From Polyangiaceae bacterium (GTDB lineage: Bacteria; Myxococcota_A; Polyangia; Polyangiales; Polyangiaceae): 64,000 nt of DNA. A model generated the notes under the pieces. That model was not told the origin of the DNA. It made no database searches and worked only from the letters and a program-made list of their open reading frames with translations. The translations under genes and the position numbers were made by a program. Position 1 is the first letter of the stretch, and every line of letters begins with the position of its first letter. Shown piece after piece: positions 17,580-27,654 of this stretch. Location of the stretch: assembly GCA_041389725.1 (NCBI GenBank), contig JAWKRG010000003.1:1222877-1286876 (forward strand). Reading direction: 5' to 3'.

Positions 17580-19967
17580 TCAGGAGGGAACTGGCTCCGC
17601 TTCCGCGTCCGCCTCGGCGCTTTCTTGGGCCTCGGGCTCGGCTTCGCCGGAGCCTGCGTCGGACGCCTCGGCCGCCGTGGCGGCCGTCTCTTTGTCGACG
17701 CCGCACGCGGTGGCGAGCAACTCCACCACGTCGAGGTTCTTGATCTCCTCCTCCTTGGACTGATCCTTGATGCCGTCCGTCAGCATCGTCATGCAGAAGG
17801 GGCAGGCGCTCGCCAGCGTCGTCGCGCCCGTCTCAGCCAGCTGCTTCACGCGCTTGACGTTCACGCGATCCTTGTTCTGCTCCTCCATCCACATCTGCGC
17901 GCCGCCGGCGCCACAGCACAGGCCACGGTGTCGAGTCCAATACTCGGCTTCCACCAGCTCCACGCCGGGAATGCTCTTCAGGATTTCGCGCGGCGAGTCG
18001 TAGATGTCGTTGTAGCGGCCGAGATAGCAGCTGTCGTGATAGGCGACCTTCGCCTTCACGCTGTTCTTGGCCTTGAGCTTGCCCTTGGCCAGCAGACCCA
18101 AGAGGTAGTCCGTGTGGTGGACCACGTCGTACTTCCCGCCGAAGTCGGGGTACTCGTTGGCCAAGGTATTGAAGCAGTGCGGACACGTGGTGAGGATCGT
18201 CTTGGCGCCACCCTGCTCACGATATCCGTTGATGGTCGCGATGTTGGTCTCGGCCAGCATCGTGAATAGGTACTCGTTTCCGGCGCGCCGGGCGGAATCC
18301 CCAGTGCAAGTTTCCTCTTCGCCCAGGATGGCGAAATCCACCCCCGCTTCTTGCAGCAACCGCGCGGTGGCGCGCGCCACCTTCTTGGCGCGGTCATCGT
18401 AGCTGGCCGCACAACCAACCCAGTACAACACCTCGGCGTCGGGCTTTTCCGCAAAGGTCTTGACGTCCAAGCCCTCGGTCCAAGTGGCGCGGTCCATGCG
18501 CGACAGATTCCAGGGGTTGCCGTTCACCTCCATGCCCTCGAAGGGCTTGGAAAGCTCACCCGGGAACTCGCCCTTGATGATCACGAGGTTACGCCGCATC
18601 TGCACGATCTTGTCGACGTACGAGATCATCACGGGGCACTGCTCTTCGCAGGCGCGACAAGTGGTGCACGCCCACAGCACGTCCTCGTGGATCACGTTGG
18701 GTACCAGGTCGACGGGCTTGTATTCGGCCTTGGCCTCCGCCGTCTCGGAGGCGTCGCTCTCCGAGCCCGACTCGTCCTTCGCTTCCTCGGCGGCGGATTC
18801 GTCCTTGCCCTGTTCGTCGCCTTCGCTCTTCCCCTCGGGCTTGGCTCGCAGATCGAGACGAGGCGGCTCTCCCAGTTCCAGGAACTCCTCTTGCCGCGCG
18901 TACAAATGGTCACGCAGGTCGAGGGTGAAGAACTTCGGCGACAGCATCTTGCCCGTGGTTGCCGCAGGGCAATTGTCCGAGCAGCGCCCGCACTCGGTGC
19001 AAGTATAAAAGTCCAGCACGTCCTTCCAACTGAAGTGCTCGATGCGGGCGTAGCCGATGCGCGCGATGCTCATGTCCTCGCGCTCCGTCGCCTTCTCCAC
19101 CATCCCCATCAGCTCTTCGGTGCTACCGGCGATGGGGGCCAGGCGCCCTTTCGGCGTCAGATCCATCAGGAACACGTTTTGAATCGCCGTGAGGATGTGG
19201 AAGTGCTTGCTGTAGGGCAGGATGTTCAAGAACACGAGCACCAGGGTGCTGTGAATCCAGAACCCCGCGTGCGCGAGGATCACCAAGGTCTGCACGCTCG
19301 CCCCAGACACCAGCGCCGCCGCCAGGGAGCCGGCGGGCTCGGGCCACGGATGCCAGGCAATGTGCGCCGGTGCGGCGCCCAGGGGCGTGATGATGGTGGC
19401 GGCCCCGGAACACCAAGTGTCGGTCCGACCGGCGCACTCCGCGGCAAAGCGATGGTTCAGCACCGTGGCCGCGCCGTCGTAGAGGATGTCCGCGATCATC
19501 ATCGTTGCGATGATCCCGAGAATGAGCAGCCCCTCCCAACCGAGGTTCATCCGCTTCTGCGGATTGATCACGCGGTAGTACACGAAGACGCTCACCCCGA
19601 GCAGCACGAGCACTGCGACGACGTCTTTAGCGAAGGCGTAGGCTTGCCCCAGAGCCGTCGTGGGCCCGAGCACCCACAGGTTGAACCCCGGATCGAAGCC
19701 ACGCCCCCAGAGAATCAGCGTGCGGAGTAGCAGCACCATGAACCCGAAAAAGATCAGGTTGTGCGCCAGCCCCGCGCCCAGGTAGTAGCGCATCTTCTTC
19801 TGGAAGAAGGCGAAGACCGCGACTGCCTTGATGCGGTCGCCGATCCGATCGAAGCGACTCTCGTTCGGAGCGTCCCCCACCCGCATCAGCCCCCAACGAT
19901 TGTTGGCGCTCCACAAGAACGCCCCCACCAGGCTCAGGATGATCACGGCCATCGCGACGGGATTCAT
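17580..19967 (-). CDS. membrane-bound (Fe-S) oxidoreductase, HdrD/GlpC-like CCG-domain protein fused to an N-terminal NarI/HdrE-like cytochrome-b type membrane domain
   Basis: N-terminal ~250-aa polytopic domain; two 4Fe-4S motifs (CTECGRCSDNCP, CTTCRACEEQCP); two cysteine-rich CCG domains (CPHCF, CCGAGG, CPFC); acidic low-complexity linker and tail. Confidence 0.8.
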   Translation of the reverse strand: MNPVAMAVIILSLVGAFLWSANNRWGLMRVGDAPNESRFDRIGDRIKAVAVFAFFQKKMRYYLGAGLAHNLIFFGFMVLLLRTLILWGRGFDPGFNLWVLGPTTALGQAYAFAKDVVAVLVLLGVSVFVYYRVINPQKRMNLGWEGLLILGIIATMMIADILYDGAATVLNHRFAAECAGRTDTWCSGAATIITPLGAAPAHIAWHPWPEPAGSLAAALVSGASVQTLVILAHAGFWIHSTLVLVFLNILPYSKHFHILTAIQNVFLMDLTPKGRLAPIAGSTEELMGMVEKATEREDMSIARIGYARIEHFSWKDVLDFYTCTECGRCSDNCPAATTGKMLSPKFFTLDLRDHLYARQEEFLELGEPPRLDLRAKPEGKSEGDEQGKDESAAEEAKDESGSESDASETAEAKAEYKPVDLVPNVIHEDVLWACTTCRACEEQCPVMISYVDKIVQMRRNLVIIKGEFPGELSKPFEGMEVNGNPWNLSRMDRATWTEGLDVKTFAEKPDAEVLYWVGCAASYDDRAKKVARATARLLQEAGVDFAILGEEETCTGDSARRAGNEYLFTMLAETNIATINGYREQGGAKTILTTCPHCFNTLANEYPDFGGKYDVVHHTDYLLGLLAKGKLKAKNSVKAKVAYHDSCYLGRYNDIYDSPREILKSIPGVELVEAEYWTRHRGLCCGAGGAQMWMEEQNKDRVNVKRVKQLAETGATTLASACPFCMTMLTDGIKDQSKEEEIKNLDVVELLATACGVDKETAATAAEASDAGSGEAEPEAQESAEADAEAEPVPS

Positions 19968-20090
19968 GGGTTGCCCTTTCGGTGAGCTGCCGAGCGCGCC
20001 CGAACACGCGCTCCCGCCACCCTAGCGGGGTGGCTTCAGTCCTCTGTGTAGAGGCCCATGCCGCTCCGCGTCAACCGGCTTGGCCGCCCG

Positions 20091-20645
20091 CTAGCCGTGT
20101 CCGCTCAGGCGCAGCCAAATCAGGAACAGGATCCACAAAATCACCGCAATGGCGACGATCAGCGTCCAATTCGTACGGGCGGGCGCCGCCACCGCCTCTG
20201 GCACAACCTCGGCCAGGGGGATCTCCGAGGGCACCAGGCGCACCGAGGGGTCCGCTGCTTCCGCGGGTAACACCTGCAACATCAGAATGCCTCGCGGCAG
20301 GCCTTTCCGTTCGGGCCATCCACCACGTTCCGGAATGCGGACGACGATACTTCGCCCCGAGTCGGTGGTTTCCAGGTCAGCGGTCTGCCGTGGCAGAGTG
20401 ACGCGCAGCGTCTCGGTCGGGTCTTTGCGCCCCCGAATCGACACTGCGCCTGCACGCTCGCACTTGTCGCAGCCGCCGCCATCGCAGGCCGCGCAGGTGA
20501 GGTTCCTTGGCAGGTCCAGTTCGATGGTGGCGGCCTGTCGCAACCAGGCCGTCTCGACCCTGACCTTCAGCCGAACGTCGGCGCCTCGGGGCACGTCAAT
20601 GGCCCCGGTCACCCTCGCTAGCTTGTGCCCTCTCGAATCGGACAA
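20091..20645 (-). CDS. membrane-anchored DnaJ C-terminal-domain-like protein (no J domain)
   Basis: Single CxxCxGxG zinc-finger-like repeat (CAACDGGGCDKC) followed by DnaJ-CTD-like beta segments (TLRVTLPR, SIVVRIPERG, ILMLQV); C-terminal TM helix. Confidence 0.55.
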   Translation of the reverse strand: MSDSRGHKLARVTGAIDVPRGADVRLKVRVETAWLRQAATIELDLPRNLTCAACDGGGCDKCERAGAVSIRGRKDPTETLRVTLPRQTADLETTDSGRSIVVRIPERGGWPERKGLPRGILMLQVLPAEAADPSVRLVPSEIPLAEVVPEAVAAPARTNWTLIVAIAVILWILFLIWLRLSGHG

Positions 20646-20725
20646 CGCTCCAGCATACCGAGCCGCCCGCCCTATGCCTAGTGCTCAAGCTCGGCTTGGC
20701 CGCGAAAGGGTCGCTGGCCCCAACC

Positions 20726-21309
20726 CTAGAGTTCCAGGACGACTTCTTGCTCGTCGCCCACGCGGGTCAGAGACAGCTCCAGCGAGTAGGTCTTGGGCCC
20801 GACGCGCGCGCCGACGGTGACGATTATCGGCGGGTTTTCGCCTCCAAGTTCTTCGAGTCGCACGCGCACGCGGTACTTTCCTCGCGTCGCGTCGCCGTCC
20901 TCCAGGTACACGTTTTCCATGTTCTGGCCACGGCAGGCATTGCGCTTGCCCGGGCAGTCCCGATCCTTGACCAGCCCGCTCTGCGTGGCGCGCCCTGCTT
21001 CCACCAGCTCGCCGTTGGGATCGGTGACCCGCAAGTCGACGTCGGCTCCGGGTTCCGACCAAGCGATCGCGAACTGCACCAGGCCGGTGTTCACCCCACA
21101 GCCCTCGTCGATGATGCCGTTACAGTTGTCGTCCCGCGCGTTGAAGCAAAGCTCCGGACCACTGGGCGTGCAGGCGCGGTCGACCACCGCTCCAGGCTTG
21201 GCTTCGATGCGCAGGAGCCGCGGACCGGATGCAGTGGCACCCGGTCCGGCGGGTGAGCAAGAAATCCACGCCATCGCCAGGCCAAGGGCCCAGACGAAGC
21301 GCGCGCTCA
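20726..21309 (-). CDS. lipoprotein with MopE-type putative metal-binding motif
   Basis: GTG start overlapping the upstream TGA (GTGA); signal peptide SARFVWALGLAMAWISC; DDNCNGIIDEGCG motif; C-terminal beta-sandwich-like region. Confidence 0.55.
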
Positions 21310-23817
21310 CTTCTTGTCGTCCTCCGGGATCTTCACGCCGGTGACCACTTTGGGGTTCATCAGCTCGAAGTAGGCCTGACGCGCGAGTTCGCCGCTCTTG
21401 CCCTTGCCGTCGCGCAGCGCCAACAGCACGCCTTGCTCCTTCATGAACTTCAGGGCGCGGATCGCCCCCTGCATCAGCTCGGCCTTGCCTTCGTCCACGG
21501 CCATCTCCCGCAGGCGGCCCCGGAGCACGACGCGCGTGAAGGAATGGGGACCATTGTCGAACTGCAGGTTGTCCAGCTGCTTCATCAGCATGACCGGCGC
21601 CCACTCCTGCGGAACCTGCTTCAGCTCGACGTGCGAAATGGCGACGGCGTTGTCGACGTACTTGAAGATGCGCCCCTCATCGAGGTCTTCCTTCGACCAA
21701 TAGCCGAAGCTGCGGTACCAGAGGTCCGCAAGCTCCTCCACGGAGGTCTTGGGCTTGTCGGCGTAGAGCGCGATGGCGCGAGCGGCCACGTCGGGGGTGC
21801 CGCCCAGGATCAAGGCGAGCGCCGCGTCGTTCATCAACGCGTCTTCCTTCATCAGCTCGAACAGCTTGGCTTCGGTGTCCTTGTCGAAGCCGGCCTTGCC
21901 GATGGCACGCGCAACTTGGTGGCGAGTGCCCATCGCCGCGTCGGCCTTGATCAACCCGACCAATGCCGACGACGTGCCTGCAATCGGCCGAGTGATGAGC
22001 GTCTCCAAGAAACAGCTGCGTCGGAAGGAGTCGGCCTTGTCCGACTTGTCGTACTCCTGGATCTTCTTCGCGACCTCCAGCATGTCCTCTTTCTTCGCGA
22101 CCCACGCCAGCGCCGCGCATGCTTCGATGCGGCTTTGCTCGTTTTCCTTGGGCTCCTCGATGTAGTCCATCAAGGGCTTGAAGGCGCGGTTGTCGCCCCA
22201 CTCGGAGAAGCCGTGGGCAGCTCCGACACCGAGGGCACGCAGCGACATGCCGAGGATCGCGATGCCACCCTGCATCAGACCGTCCATCGTGACGTCGCGA
22301 TCCGCCGGACGGCGCTTGAGGGACTTTTCCAGCACACCCCAGGAGGGCTCGTCCTTCAGCCAACCGACGTAGCGCAGGGCACTCTGAGCGATCACCCACT
22401 CCTCGGGGAATGGCGGCTGTTGACCTTCCTTGGGCAGGGGCGCATCCGGGTTGGCCCACTTGCGCAAGGCGTCCAGGTCCTTGGTGCTCTCCATGGCTGC
22501 CAAGGCGCGCAGGCCGTTGGCGTGGGGCGACGGCAACTCGTGAATCCAGAAGATCACACCGTCTTCGGCGTCGTTGCGGATCTGCTCGCGCTTGTCGGGA
22601 TGCAACACCGCCAGATCGGCGATCATGCGCGCGGCCACGACGCGCTCGTTGTCGTCACGCTTGAGCAACTGCTCGTGGTCGTACTGGTCGCTGTAGATCT
22701 TCGTCGGATCCATGCGCAGGCGCTTGGCCAAGGTTGGCACGCCACGGATGTCGCCCACCTCTGCCATGGCGATGGCCGCTTCTGTCTGCCAGTGGATGTG
22801 CGGCTTGGTCTCCAGGTACTTGGCCAGGTAGTCGCCACCGCGCGGATCCGCCAGCTGGTGAATCAAGTCGAAGATCTGCTTGGTCTGGAACCAGGCCCGC
22901 TCGGGGTTTTCGTTCAGGCTGTCCAGGGCCAGAACCAGACCTTGGGTACCGATGCCGTCGCGCAGCGCTTCCAGGTACTTGGTGCGGCTCTCTTTGTCGT
23001 CGGTCTTCAGCGCCTTGAGCAGGGGCTCGCGGGCGCGTTCGTCACCAATCTTGCCGAGACCCGGCGCGGCTTGGCGCGCGATCTCCCCATCCTTGTCCTG
23101 GACGAGCTTGATCAACACGTCCGTCCACTTCGGCTCTGCGTTGCGGGAAAGCACCGTGGCCACCAGCTGACGAACCGCGGGACTCTCGTCGCCTGCGTAC
23201 TCGGCCAGTTTGTCCAAGGACACCAGCTTGACGATGCGCTCGGGGTCGAAGGCAACGCCCCCGCCGAGACGCTGAACCTTGGAAAGGTGGCCAGCCTTGT
23301 ACAGAACCATGATCTGGTCGAAGGCCGACGCTTCGCCAAGCACGACGAGGGCCCATGCAACCTGAGGCTTCGCGCCAGGCCCTGCAGTCTTCAGTGCCTC
23401 GAGCAAGGCACTCTTGGCCTTCTCGGCCATGGGCAGCCCGTACTCGGCAAGAACCGTCGCGGCCATGGCTTGCACGGGTTCTGCTTCGGACTTGAGCCCC
23501 AGGATGGCGGCATCCACGCCCTCGGGGTCCTGAGCCCAAGCCAGCTGCTTCATGGCCTCCGTCTGGAGTTCCATGCTGCGGTCGGACTTGGCCCACTCGC
23601 GCCACTTCGGTAGCTGTTCGTCCTTGGGAAGGATCTGAATCGCTTTCTTCTGTTCCTCGGCCTGCTCTACCGTAAGCTTCTCGGCGTCCTGCTTGAGCCC
23701 GATGAACAGGAAGATCCCTAGCCCCACCACGGCGACGAAGCCGATCAGGATGACGAAGGGATTGAAGCGACCTTTCTTGAAATTCCCGTCCCCGATGTCG
23801 AGTTGTGCGTCGACCAT
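21307..23817 (-). CDS. HEAT/PBS-lyase repeat membrane-anchored protein
   Basis: Start set at MVDAQLDIGDG followed by a TM helix (FVILIGFVAVVGLGIFLFIGL); about 800 aa of HEAT-like alpha-helical repeats. Confidence 0.7.
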   Translation of the reverse strand: MVDAQLDIGDGNFKKGRFNPFVILIGFVAVVGLGIFLFIGLKQDAEKLTVEQAEEQKKAIQILPKDEQLPKWREWAKSDRSMELQTEAMKQLAWAQDPEGVDAAILGLKSEAEPVQAMAATVLAEYGLPMAEKAKSALLEALKTAGPGAKPQVAWALVVLGEASAFDQIMVLYKAGHLSKVQRLGGGVAFDPERIVKLVSLDKLAEYAGDESPAVRQLVATVLSRNAEPKWTDVLIKLVQDKDGEIARQAAPGLGKIGDERAREPLLKALKTDDKESRTKYLEALRDGIGTQGLVLALDSLNENPERAWFQTKQIFDLIHQLADPRGGDYLAKYLETKPHIHWQTEAAIAMAEVGDIRGVPTLAKRLRMDPTKIYSDQYDHEQLLKRDDNERVVAARMIADLAVLHPDKREQIRNDAEDGVIFWIHELPSPHANGLRALAAMESTKDLDALRKWANPDAPLPKEGQQPPFPEEWVIAQSALRYVGWLKDEPSWGVLEKSLKRRPADRDVTMDGLMQGGIAILGMSLRALGVGAAHGFSEWGDNRAFKPLMDYIEEPKENEQSRIEACAALAWVAKKEDMLEVAKKIQEYDKSDKADSFRRSCFLETLITRPIAGTSSALVGLIKADAAMGTRHQVARAIGKAGFDKDTEAKLFELMKEDALMNDAALALILGGTPDVAARAIALYADKPKTSVEELADLWYRSFGYWSKEDLDEGRIFKYVDNAVAISHVELKQVPQEWAPVMLMKQLDNLQFDNGPHSFTRVVLRGRLREMAVDEGKAELMQGAIRALKFMKEQGVLLALRDGKGKSGELARQAYFELMNPKVVTGVKIPEDDKK

Positions 23818-24006
23818 GCTTCCTCCAACCGCGCGGCAGGGGTCGGGAGAGACGCGGCAACTGGAGCCTTGTCTCCGGGCGCGCCGGGTGGCGCGCTCAC
23901 CCGGACCCCCGAGCGAGCCGTCGGACCTTATCCCAGGACGCCCGAAACGGGGAGCCCACCTGCCCGAAAGCGGCGGTTTTTTCCCGGCCCCAGCGGGGTC
24001 GCTGCC

Positions 24007-24732
24007 ATGAATCCGCAATCGCCGCCGGCCACTGCGGCTGCGCGCGCGAGCTGGCGCGGCCCGATCCTGGCAGCGCTACTGACGACCTTGCTCGTCACGG
24101 GGCTGTCCTACGGGCTGCCGGACAGTCTGGCTGCAACGGGCGTGGGCCTCGGATTCCTTGCGGCCACGTACTTCCTGGCGCTACGCGGCGAGCGGGATCC
24201 TTCCCCCTTCGGCCTGTCCATCGGCGGCATCCTGGAGGCCGAGCCGCTTTCGCCATCGCGCTTGCTGCGGGACGCCGCGCGCGCTTGCGGCTGGGCGCTG
24301 CTGCTCGCGGCGCTGATCTACCCGGCCTTCTGGTACGGCTGGCTCACGTGGTGGAAGCCCCACGGCGTGTTCCGCCCCTATTGGCCCCAGCACGCCTGGG
24401 ACGAAGCGCTGGGACAGCTCTTGGTCATCGCGCTGCCCGAAGAAGCGTTCTACCGCGGCTATCTGCAGTCATCCCTCGACCGCGTTTGGGCGCCGCGACT
24501 GCGCATCTTGGGAGGCGAGGTCGGCGCGGGTCTGCTCGTGAGCAGCGCGCTCTTCGCCCTGGGCCATCTGGCGACGGACGTGAATCCCAATCGTCTCGCG
24601 GTGTTCTTCCCTGCCCTGGTCTTCGGTTGGTTGCGCGCGCGCACGGGCGGCATCGGCGCTGGCGTGGCGTTTCATGCGCTCTGCAACTTGTTCGCGAGCT
24701 TTCTAGCCCGCAGCTATGGGCTGGGCAGCTGA
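24007..24732 (+). CDS. CPBP family intramembrane glutamic endopeptidase (CAAX protease/Abi family)
   Basis: EEAFYRGYL and FALGHL motifs; second His motif (AFHALCNL); multiple TM helices; ATG 24007. Confidence 0.75.
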   Translation: MNPQSPPATAAARASWRGPILAALLTTLLVTGLSYGLPDSLAATGVGLGFLAATYFLALRGERDPSPFGLSIGGILEAEPLSPSRLLRDAARACGWALLLAALIYPAFWYGWLTWWKPHGVFRPYWPQHAWDEALGQLLVIALPEEAFYRGYLQSSLDRVWAPRLRILGGEVGAGLLVSSALFALGHLATDVNPNRLAVFFPALVFGWLRARTGGIGAGVAFHALCNLFASFLARSYGLGS

Positions 24733-24807
24733 GCACTGCCTTGCGCACGATACCGGGCGGCCAAGCGAACCGAAGCGGTCTCGCTTTGTGCAGCGCGCGG
24801 CGCTAGC

Positions 24808-25659
24808 GTGGCCCGCGCCATGCTCGAGGTGTTGCTGGACGAAGCGGTGGACCGCGCCCTGCGCGAAGATCTGGCGGGCGGCGATCTGACGACGGAAGCC
24901 TGCGTTCCGCCCGAGGCGCGCGCCGTCGCCAAAGCCGTCGCCCGCAGCGCCTTGGTCGCTTGCGGCAGTGATGTCTTTGCACGCGTGTTCTATCGCGTGG
25001 ATCCCGGCGTGCGCGTCGAGCTGACGGTGCCCGACGGCACCCAGGTCGAGCCCGGCACTCAGTTGTGGTTGGTCGAGGGCTCCGCGCGATCCCTGCTGAT
25101 GGCGGAACGTACGGCGCTCAATTTCGTGCAGCGCATGAGTGGAATCGCCACTCTGGCACGACGCTACGTGGGCGCGATCACCGAAGGCAGCAGGACGCGC
25201 ATCGCCGACACCCGCAAGACGACCCCCGGGCTGCGGGCCTTCGAACGCTACGCGGTCCGCGTCGGCGGTGCTCACAATCATCGCGACACCCTCGGTGCGG
25301 CGGTGATGATCAAAGACAACCACATCGTCGCCGCGGGCGGCATCACCCCTGCCATCACACGCGCGCGCGCTCATGCGCCGCACACCAGCAAGATCGAAGT
25401 GGAAGTCGAAAGCCTCGACGCGCTTCGGGAAGCACTCGCGGCAGGCGCCGACATCGTGATGCTCGACAACTTCGCCCCGGACTCCATCGCCGAGGCCTGC
25501 GCCTTGGCGCGCGGCAAAGCGCTGGTGGAGGTGTCCGGCGGGATCACCTTGGAGCGCATCGCCACCTTGTCGAAGCAGGGCGTGGACGTGATCAGCGTCG
25601 GTGCCCTCACCCACTCCGCCCCCGCTGCCGACATCGCCCTCGACCTGAGTGCGCTCTGA
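24808..25659 (+). CDS. nadC: nicotinate-nucleotide pyrophosphorylase (quinolinate phosphoribosyltransferase)
   Basis: Full-length QPRTase (ERTALNFVQRMSGIAT, RKTTPGLR, IMLDNF, VEVSGGI). Confidence 0.9.
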   Translation: MARAMLEVLLDEAVDRALREDLAGGDLTTEACVPPEARAVAKAVARSALVACGSDVFARVFYRVDPGVRVELTVPDGTQVEPGTQLWLVEGSARSLLMAERTALNFVQRMSGIATLARRYVGAITEGSRTRIADTRKTTPGLRAFERYAVRVGGAHNHRDTLGAAVMIKDNHIVAAGGITPAITRARAHAPHTSKIEVEVESLDALREALAAGADIVMLDNFAPDSIAEACALARGKALVEVSGGITLERIATLSKQGVDVISVGALTHSAPAADIALDLSAL

Positions 25660-25676
25660 ACGCGCCGAGCCGGACC

Positions 25677-26450
25677 GTGACCGCCTTCGATGCCTCACAC
25701 TTCGAGCGCGAACGCGAGCGCCGCGGTCTCGTCCTCGGACGACCCTTGCGCGCCGTCGAGACCACGGCGTCCACCAACGACGACGCCATGGCCGCAGCCC
25801 GCGCCGGCGCAGCTCACGGAGCCACTTTCGTCGCGGACTTCCAGAGCGCTGGACGAGGCCGCGGCGGCAATCGCTGGCAGGCCGCTCCCGGTGACGCGCT
25901 GCTCTGCAGCGTGCTCTTGCGCCCGCGTCTATCCTTGGCGCGCGCGCCACTGCTCACTCTCGGCGTGGGTTTGGCGGTGCGCGCCGCCGTCGCAAGCTTG
26001 GACTCGCGCCTCGACGTCGGCGTGAAGTGGCCCAACGACGTCTGGGCCGACGGGCGCAAGCTGGCCGGCATCCTGCTCGAAAGCACCAGTGCCGGCGATC
26101 GACTCAGTGCCATCGTGGTGGGCGTCGGCTTGAATGTGTCGACCACCTCGTTCCCCGCCGAGCTGCCTTCGGCGGTTTCACTCGCTCAGCTTGGCGCGCG
26201 AACGTCACGTGAAGAGCTGCTGGCGCACATCCTCGCAGGCATCGAAGCACGCACCGCGACCCTCGAAGCGGGTGATCACGAGGCCATCATCTCCGAACTG
26301 CGCGTCCACGACGTGCTCATCGACCGCGCGATTCGAGTCGATGGCGCAGCGGGCGTCGCGAAGGGTTTCTCCTCTGTGGGGGAACTCCTGCTGCAGACCG
26401 CCACGGGCCTTCGCCCCATCCTCGCCGGCCACGTGGAACTCGTGTCCTGA
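25677..26450 (+). CDS. birA: biotin--[acetyl-CoA-carboxylase] ligase (group I BirA, no HTH)
   Basis: GRGRGGNRW biotin-binding motif; KWPNDV motif; GTG start 25677 just after the nadC stop. Confidence 0.8.
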   Translation: MTAFDASHFERERERRGLVLGRPLRAVETTASTNDDAMAAARAGAAHGATFVADFQSAGRGRGGNRWQAAPGDALLCSVLLRPRLSLARAPLLTLGVGLAVRAAVASLDSRLDVGVKWPNDVWADGRKLAGILLESTSAGDRLSAIVVGVGLNVSTTSFPAELPSAVSLAQLGARTSREELLAHILAGIEARTATLEAGDHEAIISELRVHDVLIDRAIRVDGAAGVAKGFSSVGELLLQTATGLRPILAGHVELVS

Positions 26451-26538
26451 GTTCATGGTCCGTTGTCGAAAGTCAGGCGCGCGCGTGGCCAAGTGCGCCA
26501 ACGCTTCTCAGCCGTCATTTGCTTTGGGTCTCGTGACG

Positions 26539-26557
26539 GGGCGACGCAGACGTCGCC
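26539..26557 (+). terminator. short GC hairpin between the convergent birA and LTD-lipoprotein genes
   Basis: gggcgacg-caga-cgtcgcc, a 7-8 bp stem with a 4-nt loop; no U tract. Confidence 0.25.
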
Positions 26558-26625
26558 TCCCACGCATGCCGTCGGATCCGCGCTTCAATCCTTGGCCGTC
26601 TGCGTGGTCCCACCAAGGTAGCGCG

Positions 26626-27654
26626 CTAATTCTGCGCTTTGGGCGTCAAGGTGTGGGTCGCGACGAAGTCGCTGCCGCACAGGTTCGTGTCGGTGCCGTT
26701 GGGCGTTCGCGCGAGGGCTTGGCTCGAGGTGGGAGTCGGCGCGAGGGATGTCGCGACGATAACCATGTCATCTGGGAAGCCGTCAGAGTTCGGGCTGCCG
26801 TAGACCACTGTGTCGATCACGTTGTTCTGGCCATCCACGAGACGGATGGCGTCGGCGCTACCGCTCGCGTTGCCCATGTTCAGTGCCGTCTGCTTCTTGA
26901 AGTCGGCGAAAGCCACGTTGCTGCCGCCGATCACGATGTAGCCACCTGCCGGAATGCTGGCGCCGTTCGGAAGAGTGAAGGTGACCTGGAAGGGCAGCGA
27001 CGTGGCGGACTCGATGGACCATCCGGCCACATTCGTCGTCGTGCATCCGGCGTTGTAGAGTTCGATCCACTCGTTGCCGGCGTCGCTGCTCGGGGGATTG
27101 GGCACGAACTCGTTGATCACGACACCACCCGAGCATCCCCCAGTGCCACCGCTCGACGCGCCGCCGCTCGAGGCACCACCGCTCGACGCGCCGCCGCTCG
27201 AGGCACCACCGCTCGAGGCACCACCGCTCGAGGCACCGCCGGTTGCAGCTCCGCCGGTTCCCCCGCTCGAAGCTCCGCCGGTTCCGCCGCTCGAGGCGCC
27301 GCCCGTTGCAGCTCCGCCGGTTCCGCCGCTCGACGTGCCGCCGGTTGCAGCTCCGCCGGTTCCACCGCTGGACGTGCCGCCTGTGCCGGCACTTCCGGAC
27401 GCACCGCTCGCTCCCGCTGCGGCTCCGGCACCCCCGGTTCCTGCTGCAGCGCCCGCGCCGCTGCTGCCGGACGCGCCTCCCGTCGCCGAAGTGCCTCCAG
27501 TTCCCGTTGCACCGAAGCCACCGGTCGCTCCGAAGCCCCCGCTTCCACCGCCGAAGCCCGAGCTCCCGCCGGAACCGAGACCCGAATCGTCATCGGACGA
27601 GCAGGCCAGCGACACGAGCAGCGGAGCGCACAACAAGAAAAGGGCGGTTTTCAT
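26626..27654 (-). CDS. lipoprotein with Gly/Ser/Ala-rich linker and C-terminal lamin-tail domain (LTD)
   Basis: Signal peptide and lipobox MKTALFLLCAPLLVSLACSS; about 150 aa of SSGG/TGGA repeats; LTD signature VVINEFVPNP...NEWIELYN...GWSI. Confidence 0.75.
   Translation of the reverse strand: MKTALFLLCAPLLVSLACSSDDDSGLGSGGSSGFGGGSGGFGATGGFGATGTGGTSATGGASGSSGAGAAAGTGGAGAAAGASGASGSAGTGGTSSGGTGGAATGGTSSGGTGGAATGGASSGGTGGASSGGTGGAATGGASSGGASSGGASSGGASSGGASSGGASSGGTGGCSGGVVINEFVPNPPSSDAGNEWIELYNAGCTTTNVAGWSIESATSLPFQVTFTLPNGASIPAGGYIVIGGSNVAFADFKKQTALNMGNASGSADAIRLVDGQNNVIDTVVYGSPNSDGFPDDMVIVATSLAPTPTSSQALARTPNGTDTNLCGSDFVATHTLTPKAQN

Noticed and set aside
18351-19730. 459-aa plus-strand ORF
   Set aside because: Antisense to the HdrD/HdrE-like gene. 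No domains. Arg/Gly/Leu-rich.
21229-23613. 794-aa plus-strand ORF
   Set aside because: Antisense to the HEAT-repeat gene. No start context or domain support.
24703-25950. 415-aa minus-strand ORF
   Set aside because: Antisense to nadC and birA, both of which have strong homology support.
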